Positions 17,738-27,073 of a stretch of 64,000 nucleotides of DNA are shown in pieces. Every line of letters begins with the position of its first letter. The first letter of the stretch is position 1. The notes below the pieces were generated by a model. The model saw only the letters and a list, made by a program, of their open reading frames with translations. It did not search any database and was not told the DNA's origin. The stretch comes from an uncultured Bacillales bacterium (GTDB taxonomy: Bacteria > Bacillota_I > Bacilli_A > RFN20 > CAG-826). Location: the NCBI GenBank assembly GCA_947302535.1, contig CAMYVX010000002.1, forward strand, positions 7,341 through 71,340. Reading direction: 5' to 3'. The position numbers and the translations under genes are program-made.

Positions 17738-19780
17738 ATGGGAAAACTTATTAAACGTATTAAATTAACATCTTTCATCATTATTATGATTCAACTTGTA
17801 GCCGTTATTGTGCTTACAATTTTGTATTATGCAAATTTATTTAATCTTGATTTAGCAAACAACGAAGATTTTAAGAAAATTTTAGTTCCTACAACTTTTA
17901 GTTTGGTCTTTGTTGATTGTTTATTCCTTTGGATTGTCATTATGATCATCTCTTCTTTAAGAAAAAAGACTGATTTAAGAGCTGCTGAAGTTATTGGTAG
18001 TGACGTTCAAGAAGCTTATAACTTTGCGATGATTGGTTTAGCGGTTACTGATGATAAGGATGTTGTTATTTGGACTAATGATTTGTTCAAGGATAGACAT
18101 ATTGATATCATCGATAGAAACATTCTTGAATGGAAAGAAGAATTGAAGAGCATTAGAAACGCCACAAGCCCAGATACCACAACTAAAATTGTTTATAATT
18201 CTCATAACTATGAAGTGAAATACTTAGCGGAAGCTTGTTTATATATCTTTAAAGATATCACTGAATATGAATCCATCTATGCTTATAGCAAAAAACAAGC
18301 CCCTGTTATTGGAACTTTAGCCATTGATAACTACGATGAAGTTGTTCGTGGTGAAGATGATTTCAACGATACTGTTAGTAGAGTGAAGAATGAGATTTTT
18401 AGCTATGCTAAAGAATATGGCGTATTATTAAGAAGAATTAAAGACGATAACTATTCAATGCTTTGTACTTATGAATCATTCTTAAACATGAAAGCAGATC
18501 GTTTTTCTGTTATTGATAAAGTGAGAAACGTCTCTTCTGGACAAGACATTCCTTTAACTATCTCTATTGGTATTGCTCATGATTTCCCCGATGTTATTAA
18601 GTTAAACGAATTAGCTAATGAAGCCTTAGATATCGCTATGTCCCGTGGTGGTGACCAAGTGGTTGTTTCTGTTTATGGACAGGATAAAGAATATTTTGGT
18701 GGTAAGACCGAAGCTCAAGAAAAACGTAACCGCGTTAAGATTCGTGTTTATGCTGATTCGTTAATTAGTTCAATCAAAGCCTCATCTTCAGTTTTAATCA
18801 TGGGGCATGCGGATATGGATATGGATGCTTTGGGCGCCTGTTTAGGTGTTAAGGCTATCTGTGAAAGATTAGAAAAACCCGCTCGTATTATTGTTGACCT
18901 AAAGAATACAGAAGCAAAGACTCGTAGCGCGATGATTTCTTCTATTCCAAAGGAAGAATTAGATAAGATTACTATAACTAGTAAAGACGCGGAAGATATG
19001 ATTACAGCTAATACGTTATTAGTGGTGGTCGATGTCTCCGTTCCAAAACGCACAATGGCGCCTCGTGTTTTAGAGAAGGTAAGTAAGACAGTGGTTATTG
19101 ACCATCATAGACGTGGCGAGGACTACATTGAAAATACATTTAACGTTATTGACCCAGCAGCTTCTTCAACCTGTGAATTAATCGCGGAATTTATTAGATT
19201 TGCATCTATTGACCCACGTATTAATCTTTCTCCAATATACGCTACAATTATGCTTTCCGGTATCTTCCTTGATTCCTCTTACTATAAGAGCAGAAACACC
19301 GGAATGAGAACATTTGAAGCTTCAACAATTCTAAAAGAATTCGGTGCCGATAATGCTTTGGCGGATGATTTCTTAAAAGATGATTTTGAAGAGCATCGTA
19401 TTGTTGAGGATATTATTGTGAATAAAGAACACCCACAATATGGTATTGTGGTGGCAACCGCAAGTAATGATGAAATTTATGATACAGCGACAATCTCTAA
19501 AGCAGCGAATACATGTTTAACATTTAAAGGTGTTCATGCCGCTTTCGTTATTGGTCGAGTTTCTAATAAAGAAGTTAAGATTTCAGCTCGTAGTGATGGC
19601 TCTATTAATGTGCAATTATTAACTGAAAAATTAGGTGGTGGTGGTCACTTCTCAATGGCCGCTGTAACTTTTGAAAAAGCTGAACCACAAGAAGCCAAGA
19701 AAGCTTTACTTAAGGTTTTAGCAACATCACTTAAGGAAGCTTCTATGAGCAGTGAAGATATGGATTCGGAGAGAATGTAA
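17738..19780 (+). CDS. gdpP: Cyclic-di-AMP phosphodiesterase GdpP (TM-PAS-degenerate GGDEF-DHH/DHHA1)
   Basis: SRGGDQVV, MGHADMDMDALG, IDHHR, GGGGH; conserved position before rplI-dnaB. Confidence 0.92.
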   Translation: MGKLIKRIKLTSFIIIMIQLVAVIVLTILYYANLFNLDLANNEDFKKILVPTTFSLVFVDCLFLWIVIMIISSLRKKTDLRAAEVIGSDVQEAYNFAMIGLAVTDDKDVVIWTNDLFKDRHIDIIDRNILEWKEELKSIRNATSPDTTTKIVYNSHNYEVKYLAEACLYIFKDITEYESIYAYSKKQAPVIGTLAIDNYDEVVRGEDDFNDTVSRVKNEIFSYAKEYGVLLRRIKDDNYSMLCTYESFLNMKADRFSVIDKVRNVSSGQDIPLTISIGIAHDFPDVIKLNELANEALDIAMSRGGDQVVVSVYGQDKEYFGGKTEAQEKRNRVKIRVYADSLISSIKASSSVLIMGHADMDMDALGACLGVKAICERLEKPARIIVDLKNTEAKTRSAMISSIPKEELDKITITSKDAEDMITANTLLVVVDVSVPKRTMAPRVLEKVSKTVVIDHHRRGEDYIENTFNVIDPAASSTCELIAEFIRFASIDPRINLSPIYATIMLSGIFLDSSYYKSRNTGMRTFEASTILKEFGADNALADDFLKDDFEEHRIVEDIIVNKEHPQYGIVVATASNDEIYDTATISKAANTCLTFKGVHAAFVIGRVSNKEVKISARSDGSINVQLLTEKLGGGGHFSMAAVTFEKAEPQEAKKALLKVLATSLKEASMSSEDMDSERM

Positions 19781-19781
19781 T

Positions 19782-20231
19782 ATGAAAGTAATTTTATTAA
19801 AAGATGTTAAAAACGTTGGTAAGAAAGACCAAACGGTTGAAGTAAGCGATGGGTACGCGACGAACTTTTTATTCCCTCGTAAGCTTGCCGTTGCGGTTAG
19901 CAAAAAAAGTGTTGAAGTTTTAGAAAATCAACAAGAAAATGCGCGAATTGCTGAGGAAAACGCTAAAAAAGAAGCGCAGGAATTAGCTAAAAGACTTGAA
20001 AATATGAACCTTGTTTTCCCTGTTAAAGCTGGTAAAGAAGGAAAGCTTTTCGGTAACGTTTCATTAAAGCAAATTGAAGAAGAAATGTTGAAACAATATT
20101 CCGTAAGCATTGATAAAAGAAAATTTGTTGATAAAGGACCACTTGATCATATTGGTTTCTATTCTTTAAAGATTGAACTTCATAAAGGTGTTATAGGCAT
20201 TATCAAAGTTCAGATTGTGGAGGGCAAATAA
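19782..20231 (+). CDS. rplI: 50S ribosomal protein L9
   Basis: MKVILLKDVKNVGKK, VSDGYATNFLFP, GKLFG. Confidence 0.96.
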   Translation: MKVILLKDVKNVGKKDQTVEVSDGYATNFLFPRKLAVAVSKKSVEVLENQQENARIAEENAKKEAQELAKRLENMNLVFPVKAGKEGKLFGNVSLKQIEEEMLKQYSVSIDKRKFVDKGPLDHIGFYSLKIELHKGVIGIIKVQIVEGK

Positions 20232-20232
20232 T

Positions 20233-21729
20233 ATGGCAAAAAAACCAGCATTAGATTTACCACATAACTCTAAAGCAGAGATGGCATGTATTGGCTCTGC
20301 TTTACTCTCTAAAGATTGCTTATATAGCGTTATCTCTGAACTTGAAGAAGGTGACTTCTATGAAGGAAGGCACCAAATCCTATTCCGTTGTTTAAAGACT
20401 TTAGCGGAAAAGAAAATAGCGGTTGATGTTTTAACTGTGACAGAAGAATTAATGAATATTAAAGAATTAGAAAATGTTGGTGGAGTGAAATATTTGCAAG
20501 ATTGTTCTGATTCAATGGTGGCCATTTCTTCTTTAGAGTTCTATATCCGTATTGTTAAAGACCAATCTGTCTTAAGATCAATGCTTATTACAATTAGAGA
20601 TATAGATGATAATTATCGTAATCATGAGATTGAAGATGTTAATGACTTTGTTCAACAAAGTGAAATTGCATTTAAGAACTCTACTGAAAAAAGAAGAGTC
20701 TCCACTTTTAAAACCACCAAAGAAATCGCTAAGGCTGTGGAATTATCTTGGGATAATGTCGTGGCAAGTGATAGCGAAGATAATTTAATTGGTTTATCAA
20801 GCGGTTTTACTCCTATTGATAAATTTACTCAAGGTTTCCAAAAAGGTGAAATCACCATTGTGGCCGCCCGTCCTTCTGTTGGTAAAACTGCTTTAGCACT
20901 TAACTTTGCTTTTAAGGTTGCCACTAGAAAAGGTATTCCTGTTGCTATTTTCTCTTTAGAAATGGCATCTGAATTATTAGTAAAACGTTTAATTGCAGCG
21001 GAATCCCATGTTTCTTTAAAGAAGATTAATTCTGGTAATTTATTAGGCCAAGAAAGAGCGAAAGTCGCTCAAGCGATTAAAGTTTTAAGTAACGCTCCTA
21101 TATTTATTGATGATTCCGCTAATATCCGCTTAATGGATATTATTGCTAAATCTCGTCAGTTACAAGCCAAGTATCCTGACCTTGGTTTAATTATTGTTGA
21201 CTATCTTGGTTTAGTGACAACTGGTAGTTCATCTCGTGGAGCGGATTCTCGCCAAGAAGAAGTTCGTAAGATTTCTTTAGCTCTTAAAGGCTTAGCTAAA
21301 GACTTAAGAGTCCCTATTGTCGTTGTTTCTCAATTATCTCGTGATGTTGAAAAAAGAGATAGTAAAAAGCCAATGTTATCTGACTTACGTGATTCAGGTA
21401 GTATTGAGCAGGACGCTGACGTTGTGATGCTTTTGTACCGCGATGATTATTACAATAAACGCCATGGAGACGAAGCTGGAAATAAGAAAATGAAGAATTT
21501 ATCTGATGCCGAGAAGTTTAGACTTGTCAAAGAGCAAAAAGAAAAAGAACTTGGTGATCAAATGCCTGGAGATGCCTCTTACGTTGAAGTCAATATCGCG
21601 AAAAACCGTAACGGACAAACAGGTATTGCTGGTTTATTCTTCTATAAGGCTTTTGGTTTATTTGATACGCCAAACGATGAATGGCAAGAGCAAATGCGTA
21701 ATATCGCTGAAGAAAATAATATCGACTAA
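20233..21729 (+). CDS. dnaB: Replicative DNA helicase (DnaB/DnaC family)
   Basis: AARPSVGKT, FSLEM, VDYLGL, SQLSR, LRDSGSIEQDAD, AKNRNG. Confidence 0.96.
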   Translation: MAKKPALDLPHNSKAEMACIGSALLSKDCLYSVISELEEGDFYEGRHQILFRCLKTLAEKKIAVDVLTVTEELMNIKELENVGGVKYLQDCSDSMVAISSLEFYIRIVKDQSVLRSMLITIRDIDDNYRNHEIEDVNDFVQQSEIAFKNSTEKRRVSTFKTTKEIAKAVELSWDNVVASDSEDNLIGLSSGFTPIDKFTQGFQKGEITIVAARPSVGKTALALNFAFKVATRKGIPVAIFSLEMASELLVKRLIAAESHVSLKKINSGNLLGQERAKVAQAIKVLSNAPIFIDDSANIRLMDIIAKSRQLQAKYPDLGLIIVDYLGLVTTGSSSRGADSRQEEVRKISLALKGLAKDLRVPIVVVSQLSRDVEKRDSKKPMLSDLRDSGSIEQDADVVMLLYRDDYYNKRHGDEAGNKKMKNLSDAEKFRLVKEQKEKELGDQMPGDASYVEVNIAKNRNGQTGIAGLFFYKAFGLFDTPNDEWQEQMRNIAEENNID

Positions 21730-22478
21730 TGTATTTTAATAATATCGCTAGTGGCTCTAAAGGAAATGCCACTTTAGTTGTTTCGAATAACACTGTGATT
21801 CTCATTGATATGGGAATCACTTTAACAAGGCTTACTGAAGGGCTAAACGAAATTGGTTTGACTCTAGAAGATATTGACGCCGCATTCTTTACTCATGATC
21901 ATGCTGACCATATTTCTGGATTAAGATTCCTTTCTCCTAAGATTTGTTATGCCTTAGAAGGAACGCTTCCTTCTTTAGCAAATGTTCTTGAAGTTAATAA
22001 ACCAATAAGAATTAAAGGCTTTATGATCACCCCTATAAGAACTAGTCATGACGCCACAAATCCTTGTGGATATGTTTTAGAAGATGAAAATGAAAAGCTT
22101 GTCTATATGACTGATACTGGTGTTTTTGTTGATGGATGTTTATCTTTAGCTAAGAACCCAGATTATTTGATTTTAGAATCAAATCATGATATCAAAATGC
22201 TATTAAAGACTAACCGTACTTATGAATTGAAACAAAGAATTATGTCTGATGTTGGCCATTTATGTAACGAAGATTCTGCCCTTGCTTCTTTGCAAATTAT
22301 TGGTGATAAAACTAAAGAGATTTATTTAGCTCATTTATCTGAAGAAGCAAATACTCCTGAAGTTGCTTTAAAAGCCTATCGAAGAATCTATAATCATTTC
22401 CATGTTGATATTGACAAATATAAAGTAGTGCCTTTAAAACAATGGGAATCAACTTTAGGAGGCCATCATGAAGATTAG
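21729..22478 (+). CDS. MBL-fold metallo-hydrolase (YycJ/WalJ-like)
   Basis: ASGSKGN, THDHADH, SHDA, TDTG, ESNHD, HLSEEAN. Confidence 0.9.
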   Translation: MYFNNIASGSKGNATLVVSNNTVILIDMGITLTRLTEGLNEIGLTLEDIDAAFFTHDHADHISGLRFLSPKICYALEGTLPSLANVLEVNKPIRIKGFMITPIRTSHDATNPCGYVLEDENEKLVYMTDTGVFVDGCLSLAKNPDYLILESNHDIKMLLKTNRTYELKQRIMSDVGHLCNEDSALASLQIIGDKTKEIYLAHLSEEANTPEVALKAYRRIYNHFHVDIDKYKVVPLKQWESTLGGHHED

Positions 22479-22947
22479 AATAATAGCTGTTGGTCATATT
22501 AAAGAAACATATTTAAAAGATGGCATTGCTTTATATCTTACAAGAATTAAGCCATACTCAGACATTGAAATTATCGAAGTAGATGATGAACCCGCAAAAG
22601 ACAATATGAGCCTTAAAGAGATAGAATTAATCAAATTTAAAGAAGGAGAAAAGGTATTGAAGTTATTGAAAAATAACGACTATTTAATTAGCCTTGATTT
22701 AGATAAAAAACAATATAAAAGTCCTGAATTTGCGACTTTTTTGAGTAAAAAACTTGATTTAGGTGGCTCTAAAGTTACTTTCGTCATTGGGGGTTCTTAT
22801 GGACTTAGTGATGAACTTAAAAAGAGGGCCAATGACTCTTTGTCTTTATCCGAGATGACTTTCCTTCATCAAATGACACGCTTGATATTATTAGAACAGA
22901 TTTATCGAGCTTTTAAGATTAATAGAAATGAGGTTTACCATAAATGA
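22468..22947 (+). CDS. rlmH: 23S rRNA pseudouridine1915 methyltransferase RlmH
   Basis: FVIGGSYGL, SLSEMTFLHQMTRLILLEQIYRAFKI...YHK. Confidence 0.95.
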   Translation: MKIRIIAVGHIKETYLKDGIALYLTRIKPYSDIEIIEVDDEPAKDNMSLKEIELIKFKEGEKVLKLLKNNDYLISLDLDKKQYKSPEFATFLSKKLDLGGSKVTFVIGGSYGLSDELKKRANDSLSLSEMTFLHQMTRLILLEQIYRAFKINRNEVYHK

Positions 22948-23285
22948 AATACGAAGAATTCGCTCATCTAAAAATGGAAGTAGATGAAAAGAATCCATTT
23001 TGTCCTATGTTCGTTTTACCTAGTGGAGAGTGCTTTTATTTAGAGCCTGTTTTTTATACCCAACTACAAGGATTTAAGGATTTACATAAAGAGCAATATC
23101 ATAGGATTATCGACGAGATGATACGTTTAACAAAGAAGAACAAAAGAATCGTCTTTGTGGGAACATTTGAATATCCACAAACAGAAGTTGATGATTCATA
23201 TATATTCTTAGAAATAACTGATGTGACTGACCCACTTCATATCTTCGTAGAAGATAAATCACGTGGTTCGGATTATGGTGATTAA
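22944..23285 (+). CDS. Hypothetical protein
   Basis: 113-aa ORF translationally coupled to rlmH (TAAATG overlap). Confidence 0.65.
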   Translation: MKYEEFAHLKMEVDEKNPFCPMFVLPSGECFYLEPVFYTQLQGFKDLHKEQYHRIIDEMIRLTKKNKRIVFVGTFEYPQTEVDDSYIFLEITDVTDPLHIFVEDKSRGSDYGD

Positions 23286-23319
23286 AAAACGAATTCCAGC
23301 GAATTCGTTTTTTTCTTTC

Positions 23320-24420
23320 TTAATAAGGTCTTAATTGCTTCATAGAGAGCCACATCATTCTTAAGCCAAGTAAGATGATGAAGAACATGACAGCATAACT
23401 TGCAAGTAAGAAGCCTAAGATCATCGCTAAGATAGCGGGGCATAAGCTTGCCCATGCGGTAATCTTTAAGCAATCCCAGAACTTGAGATAGTTGAAGATA
23501 TTCTTCTTTCCCCTTGTTAATAAGAAGATCATTAAGCCCATAAATAAGACTAAGGCTAAATAGATACCTAAATAGATGAATGTTGATCTTAAGACATTTT
23601 CACCCTTAGAAGTTTCATAAGATTTATCTACGATAACAGACCAATTATCAAAGACGGCTTCATAATATTTTGTGCTTCCTTTAACTAATTTTGAATCAAC
23701 ATCTAAAGTAAAGTCGATAATGCTTGTTCCTTTTTTCACATTCTTCCAATCAGAAGTAAAGTTGGTATAAGCACTTAATGTTAATGAATCATTTTGATAA
23801 ATATAGATGTATAAACCATGCTTAGCAAGAATCATAAAGGAAGGATGATATGTATCATGAGCAGGGACATCAGAATCTTTGCCTTTGATTTCGGTAGAAT
23901 GCTTAACCATGATATAGCTATCACTAGTTAAATAATTAACTAAGTGTTTAACTTCTTCTCTAGTGTCGGAAGTATAAAATACTTCTAATTCGATTTGACC
24001 AGAGACGTGGCCAATGTTTCTATAAATAGAATAATCAGCATACTCTTCTTGATCTTTAAATGAAGCGGAAACATCTTCTCCTTCATCTAAGTAGTGGAGT
24101 TCTTGATCTTCACCAATAACAAAGTCTTGTTTATTCTCTTGGAAATATTCGCTCGCTAATGTTAATTGAGTGTCCATTCCTTGAAGATTAGTTCCTAAAT
24201 AGTTTGAACCATCAACCTTTGCTGCAGAAACAGTTAAAGGAATAACTGGTAACATGGCCGCGATTAATATAAAGATAACAATCGTCCACCATTTACTAGT
24301 TTTACTTGCTTCAATTGCGGCTTGGTTAGAGAACAAACTCTTGAAGAATTTAGCTATACCAATCATCATGGTTGAAGGTTTTTTATTAGCTTTTGATATT
24401 TTTACATTTTGTTTTGCCAT
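23320..24420 (-). CDS. Membrane protein with a large extracellular loop
   Basis: One N-terminal TM helix, soluble domain, three C-terminal TM helices. Confidence 0.7.
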   Translation of the reverse strand: MAKQNVKISKANKKPSTMMIGIAKFFKSLFSNQAAIEASKTSKWWTIVIFILIAAMLPVIPLTVSAAKVDGSNYLGTNLQGMDTQLTLASEYFQENKQDFVIGEDQELHYLDEGEDVSASFKDQEEYADYSIYRNIGHVSGQIELEVFYTSDTREEVKHLVNYLTSDSYIMVKHSTEIKGKDSDVPAHDTYHPSFMILAKHGLYIYIYQNDSLTLSAYTNFTSDWKNVKKGTSIIDFTLDVDSKLVKGSTKYYEAVFDNWSVIVDKSYETSKGENVLRSTFIYLGIYLALVLFMGLMIFLLTRGKKNIFNYLKFWDCLKITAWASLCPAILAMILGFLLASYAVMFFIILLGLRMMWLSMKQLRPY

Positions 24421-24566
24421 AATACTCACTTACCTTTTTGCTTGTATATTTTAAGTGAAGAATAATCTTTTTACAAATAAAATTGCGTGTGCGCTCGTAC
24501 ATTCGTACAAATAAAGGTTGTAGAGAAGTGAAAAATAGATATAAAATAATCCCGCCTATTATTTAT

Positions 24567-24959
24567 GGGGTCGTATTGGATTCGACGGGGATCGGCTAGG
24601 CTTTAGTTGCAGTGCGCTGATAACGCTAACTATCAAACAAAAATAACTGACAACAGTTATATGAGAGCACCTCGTGCTCAAGCATTCTGCGCTGCTTAAT
24701 CAGCACTCGACGTTAGAGTCCAACCACTAGGCTGGGCAGAACATCTACCAAGGTTTTAGCCTTTCACGCTTGGAATAGGTGTCATAACAAAAGGATAGTG
24801 AATGGGAGTGGATTTGTTACTCATTCATGAAATGAAGTTAATCTAGTATGCTGGAGTGAGTCGATAAGCGAAAGCATATGAAGCTCAATTATCGTCTAAA
24901 CTGTAGACATTATTGAAGAGTCATCCTCGGACACGGTTTCGATACCGTCGGCTCCACCA
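24567..24959 (+). ncRNA. ssrA: tmRNA (transfer-messenger RNA); tag (A)DNSYMRAPRAQAFCAA* at 24649-24699
   Basis: 5' GGGGTCGTATTGGATTCGAC, 3' T-arm and CGGCTCCACCA with G3:U; AATAACT upstream of the resume codon; short tag ORF ending AA. Confidence 0.95.
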
Positions 24960-24970
24960 ATCGAGTGTTT

Positions 24971-24994
24971 CCCGTTCGTTAAGGACGGGTTTTT
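24971..24994 (+). terminator. Terminator after tmRNA
   Basis: CCCGT...ACGGG plus T run. Confidence 0.7.
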
Positions 24995-25091
24995 GTTTTC
25001 TCTTTTCCCATTTGGGATTATGATATGAATGAACTTATAATATGTTTAGCAAACAAGATATTATAAGGTATAATGTATAAGAGATTTGTTT

Positions 25092-25943
25092 ATGAAAAAA
25101 ATTGCTATTTCTGCCGAAACCACAATCGATGTTCCAAAGAAGATCCTCGATGAATATGACATTCATGTCATCCCATTTCACGTTTTATTAGGTGAAAGAG
25201 ATGCACCTGATGGAGAAATTACTCCTCAAGATATCTTTGATTATGTTGATAAAACTGGACTTCTTCCTAAGACAAGTGCGGTTAATGAATTCCAATATGA
25301 GGAATATTTTAAAGAATTAAGAAAAGAATACGATGCTGTTATTCATGTTTGCTTATCTTCTGGCATTTCTTCTTCTTGCGAAAATGCGATTGAAGCATCA
25401 AAGAGATTAGATGATGTTTATGTTGTTGATTCTCACTCTTTATCTACTGGAATTGCCCTTCTTTGTATTTATGCTCGTCAGTTAGCAAAAGAAGGTAAAG
25501 AACCTGAAGAAATCGTAAAATTAATGGAGAAACGCAGGGAATTTCTTCAAGTTAGTTTCGTTGTTAACACGATGAAATATCTTTATAAAGGCGGACGTTG
25601 CACTGGCTTACAAAAATTTGCCGGAGCCTTATTTAGAATCAAACCACAAATCGTTTTACGTGATGGTAAGATGATCCCTGGAAAGAGATACCATGGGCGT
25701 AATACTCCTGTTGTTAGAGATTATTGTTTGGATACTTTAGAAGAATTTGATAATCCAGATCTTTCTATAGTCTTCGTTACCCATAGCCACGCTAGTGAAG
25801 ATATGGTTATTGAAGCCAAAAAGATATTAAGAGAAAGAGGATTTAAAAACATCATTGAAACAACCGCTGCTGCGACAATTACTAGCCACTGTGGACCTAA
25901 GACACTTGGTATCTTATATATCAATGATGGCGGAGTGAAATAA
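25092..25943 (+). CDS. DegV-family fatty acid-binding protein
   Basis: PKTSAVN, LSSGISSS, VDSHSLSTG, ITSHCGP. Confidence 0.92.
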   Translation: MKKIAISAETTIDVPKKILDEYDIHVIPFHVLLGERDAPDGEITPQDIFDYVDKTGLLPKTSAVNEFQYEEYFKELRKEYDAVIHVCLSSGISSSCENAIEASKRLDDVYVVDSHSLSTGIALLCIYARQLAKEGKEPEEIVKLMEKRREFLQVSFVVNTMKYLYKGGRCTGLQKFAGALFRIKPQIVLRDGKMIPGKRYHGRNTPVVRDYCLDTLEEFDNPDLSIVFVTHSHASEDMVIEAKKILRERGFKNIIETTAAATITSHCGPKTLGILYINDGGVK

Positions 25944-25974
25944 AAATGATTGGGAAAAGAGCCCAATCATTTTT
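25942..25974. terminator. Bidirectional terminator between convergent degV and XRE genes
   Basis: AAAAATGATTGGG-aaaagag-CCCAATCATTTTT. Confidence 0.75.
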
Positions 25975-26575
25975 TATCTTTAAGATAAATTAAATATAAA
26001 TACCAAACTACAGCGCTTATCTGACAGGCTATGCCTATAAAGTAGATGAAGACGACATCTTTTAATGATGTTAATAATAATAAGGATAAATGTAATGAGA
26101 GAACTGTTGACCAAACTAAACAGGAAACTGTGATTAAAAACCAAATACGACTCCAAAAAATACAAGCGAATGTGACAGAGACGATACATGTAGCCATAAT
26201 TCCATAAATAAAGATGAGCCAAGAATAATCCCAACTAGTAAATGTTTGAATTAAAAAGAAAACTAAAGTAGTGACAATCCAAGTTACTCCAATGGAAAGT
26301 AGACCAATGAAAATATGATCTCTTCTTTTGGTATATGGAGAAACAATTTTCTTTTTTTCTTCCTTAAAGAAATCATCAACCTCAATACCATAGAAAGTTG
26401 CAAGCTGTTTTAAAACAAGAACATCAGGTAAACCCTCTCCTCTTTCCCATTTGGAAATAGATTTATCTGAATAATTCAACTCTTCGGCAAGCTGGATTTG
26501 TGTTAATCCTTTTTCCTTCCGATAGTGGATGAGGTTATCTGTTAATATGTCATTTAAATCACGGTTTGTCTTCAT
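25967..26575 (-). CDS. XRE-family HTH regulator with C-terminal membrane domain
   Basis: LTQIQLAEELNYSDKSISKWERGEGLPD followed by four TM helices. Confidence 0.88.
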   Translation of the reverse strand: MKTNRDLNDILTDNLIHYRKEKGLTQIQLAEELNYSDKSISKWERGEGLPDVLVLKQLATFYGIEVDDFFKEEKKKIVSPYTKRRDHIFIGLLSIGVTWIVTTLVFFLIQTFTSWDYSWLIFIYGIMATCIVSVTFACIFWSRIWFLITVSCLVWSTVLSLHLSLLLLTSLKDVVFIYFIGIACQISAVVWYLYLIYLKDKK

Positions 26576-26847
26576 CGTTTAACTATCATACTACAAATAG
26601 TCAAAAATATGAAAAAAATGTTGAAAAATAATATTTGCTGAAAAATATAAAAATAGTGACTATCACTACTTTGTAGTGAAATATGTTTTCTTAACCTTCA
26701 AAAAAGAAGTAAAAAAGATAAAACTATACACTGTCTAAAAAATAGAAAAAAGTGCTTGTGAGTAAAAGATTAATTGTGGTAGATTATTGGCAATGATTTA
26801 GGGGATTGAAACTAAGTCATATATTAAATTTACGGAGAGATACCAAT

Positions 26848-26991
26848 ATGTTGATTAATGGACCAAAAGATCGTAACCAAGAATTAGAAAACGAAGAAAT
26901 TCAAATTTTAGAAGCTTATCAAGAAGCCGAACAATATTTAGAAACTGGCTTTGATGACTTTGATCTCTCCATCTTTGATATCGACGAATAA
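26848..26991 (+). CDS. Small acidic hypothetical protein (47 aa)
   Basis: RBS GGAG about 9 nt upstream of the ATG at 26848; followed by a terminator at 27013-27037. Confidence 0.5.
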   Translation: MLINGPKDRNQELENEEIQILEAYQEAEQYLETGFDDFDLSIFDIDE

Positions 26992-27012
26992 ACATTAGAA
27001 TATTTATAGGAT

Positions 27013-27037
27013 ACCGGTTAGAAAATAACCGGTTTTT
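27013..27037 (+). terminator. Intrinsic terminator
   Basis: ACCGGTTA-gaaaa-TAACCGGT plus T run. Confidence 0.75.
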
Positions 27038-27073
27038 CTTTATAAAAACTTCTATCTAGTAGATAATAGTGAT

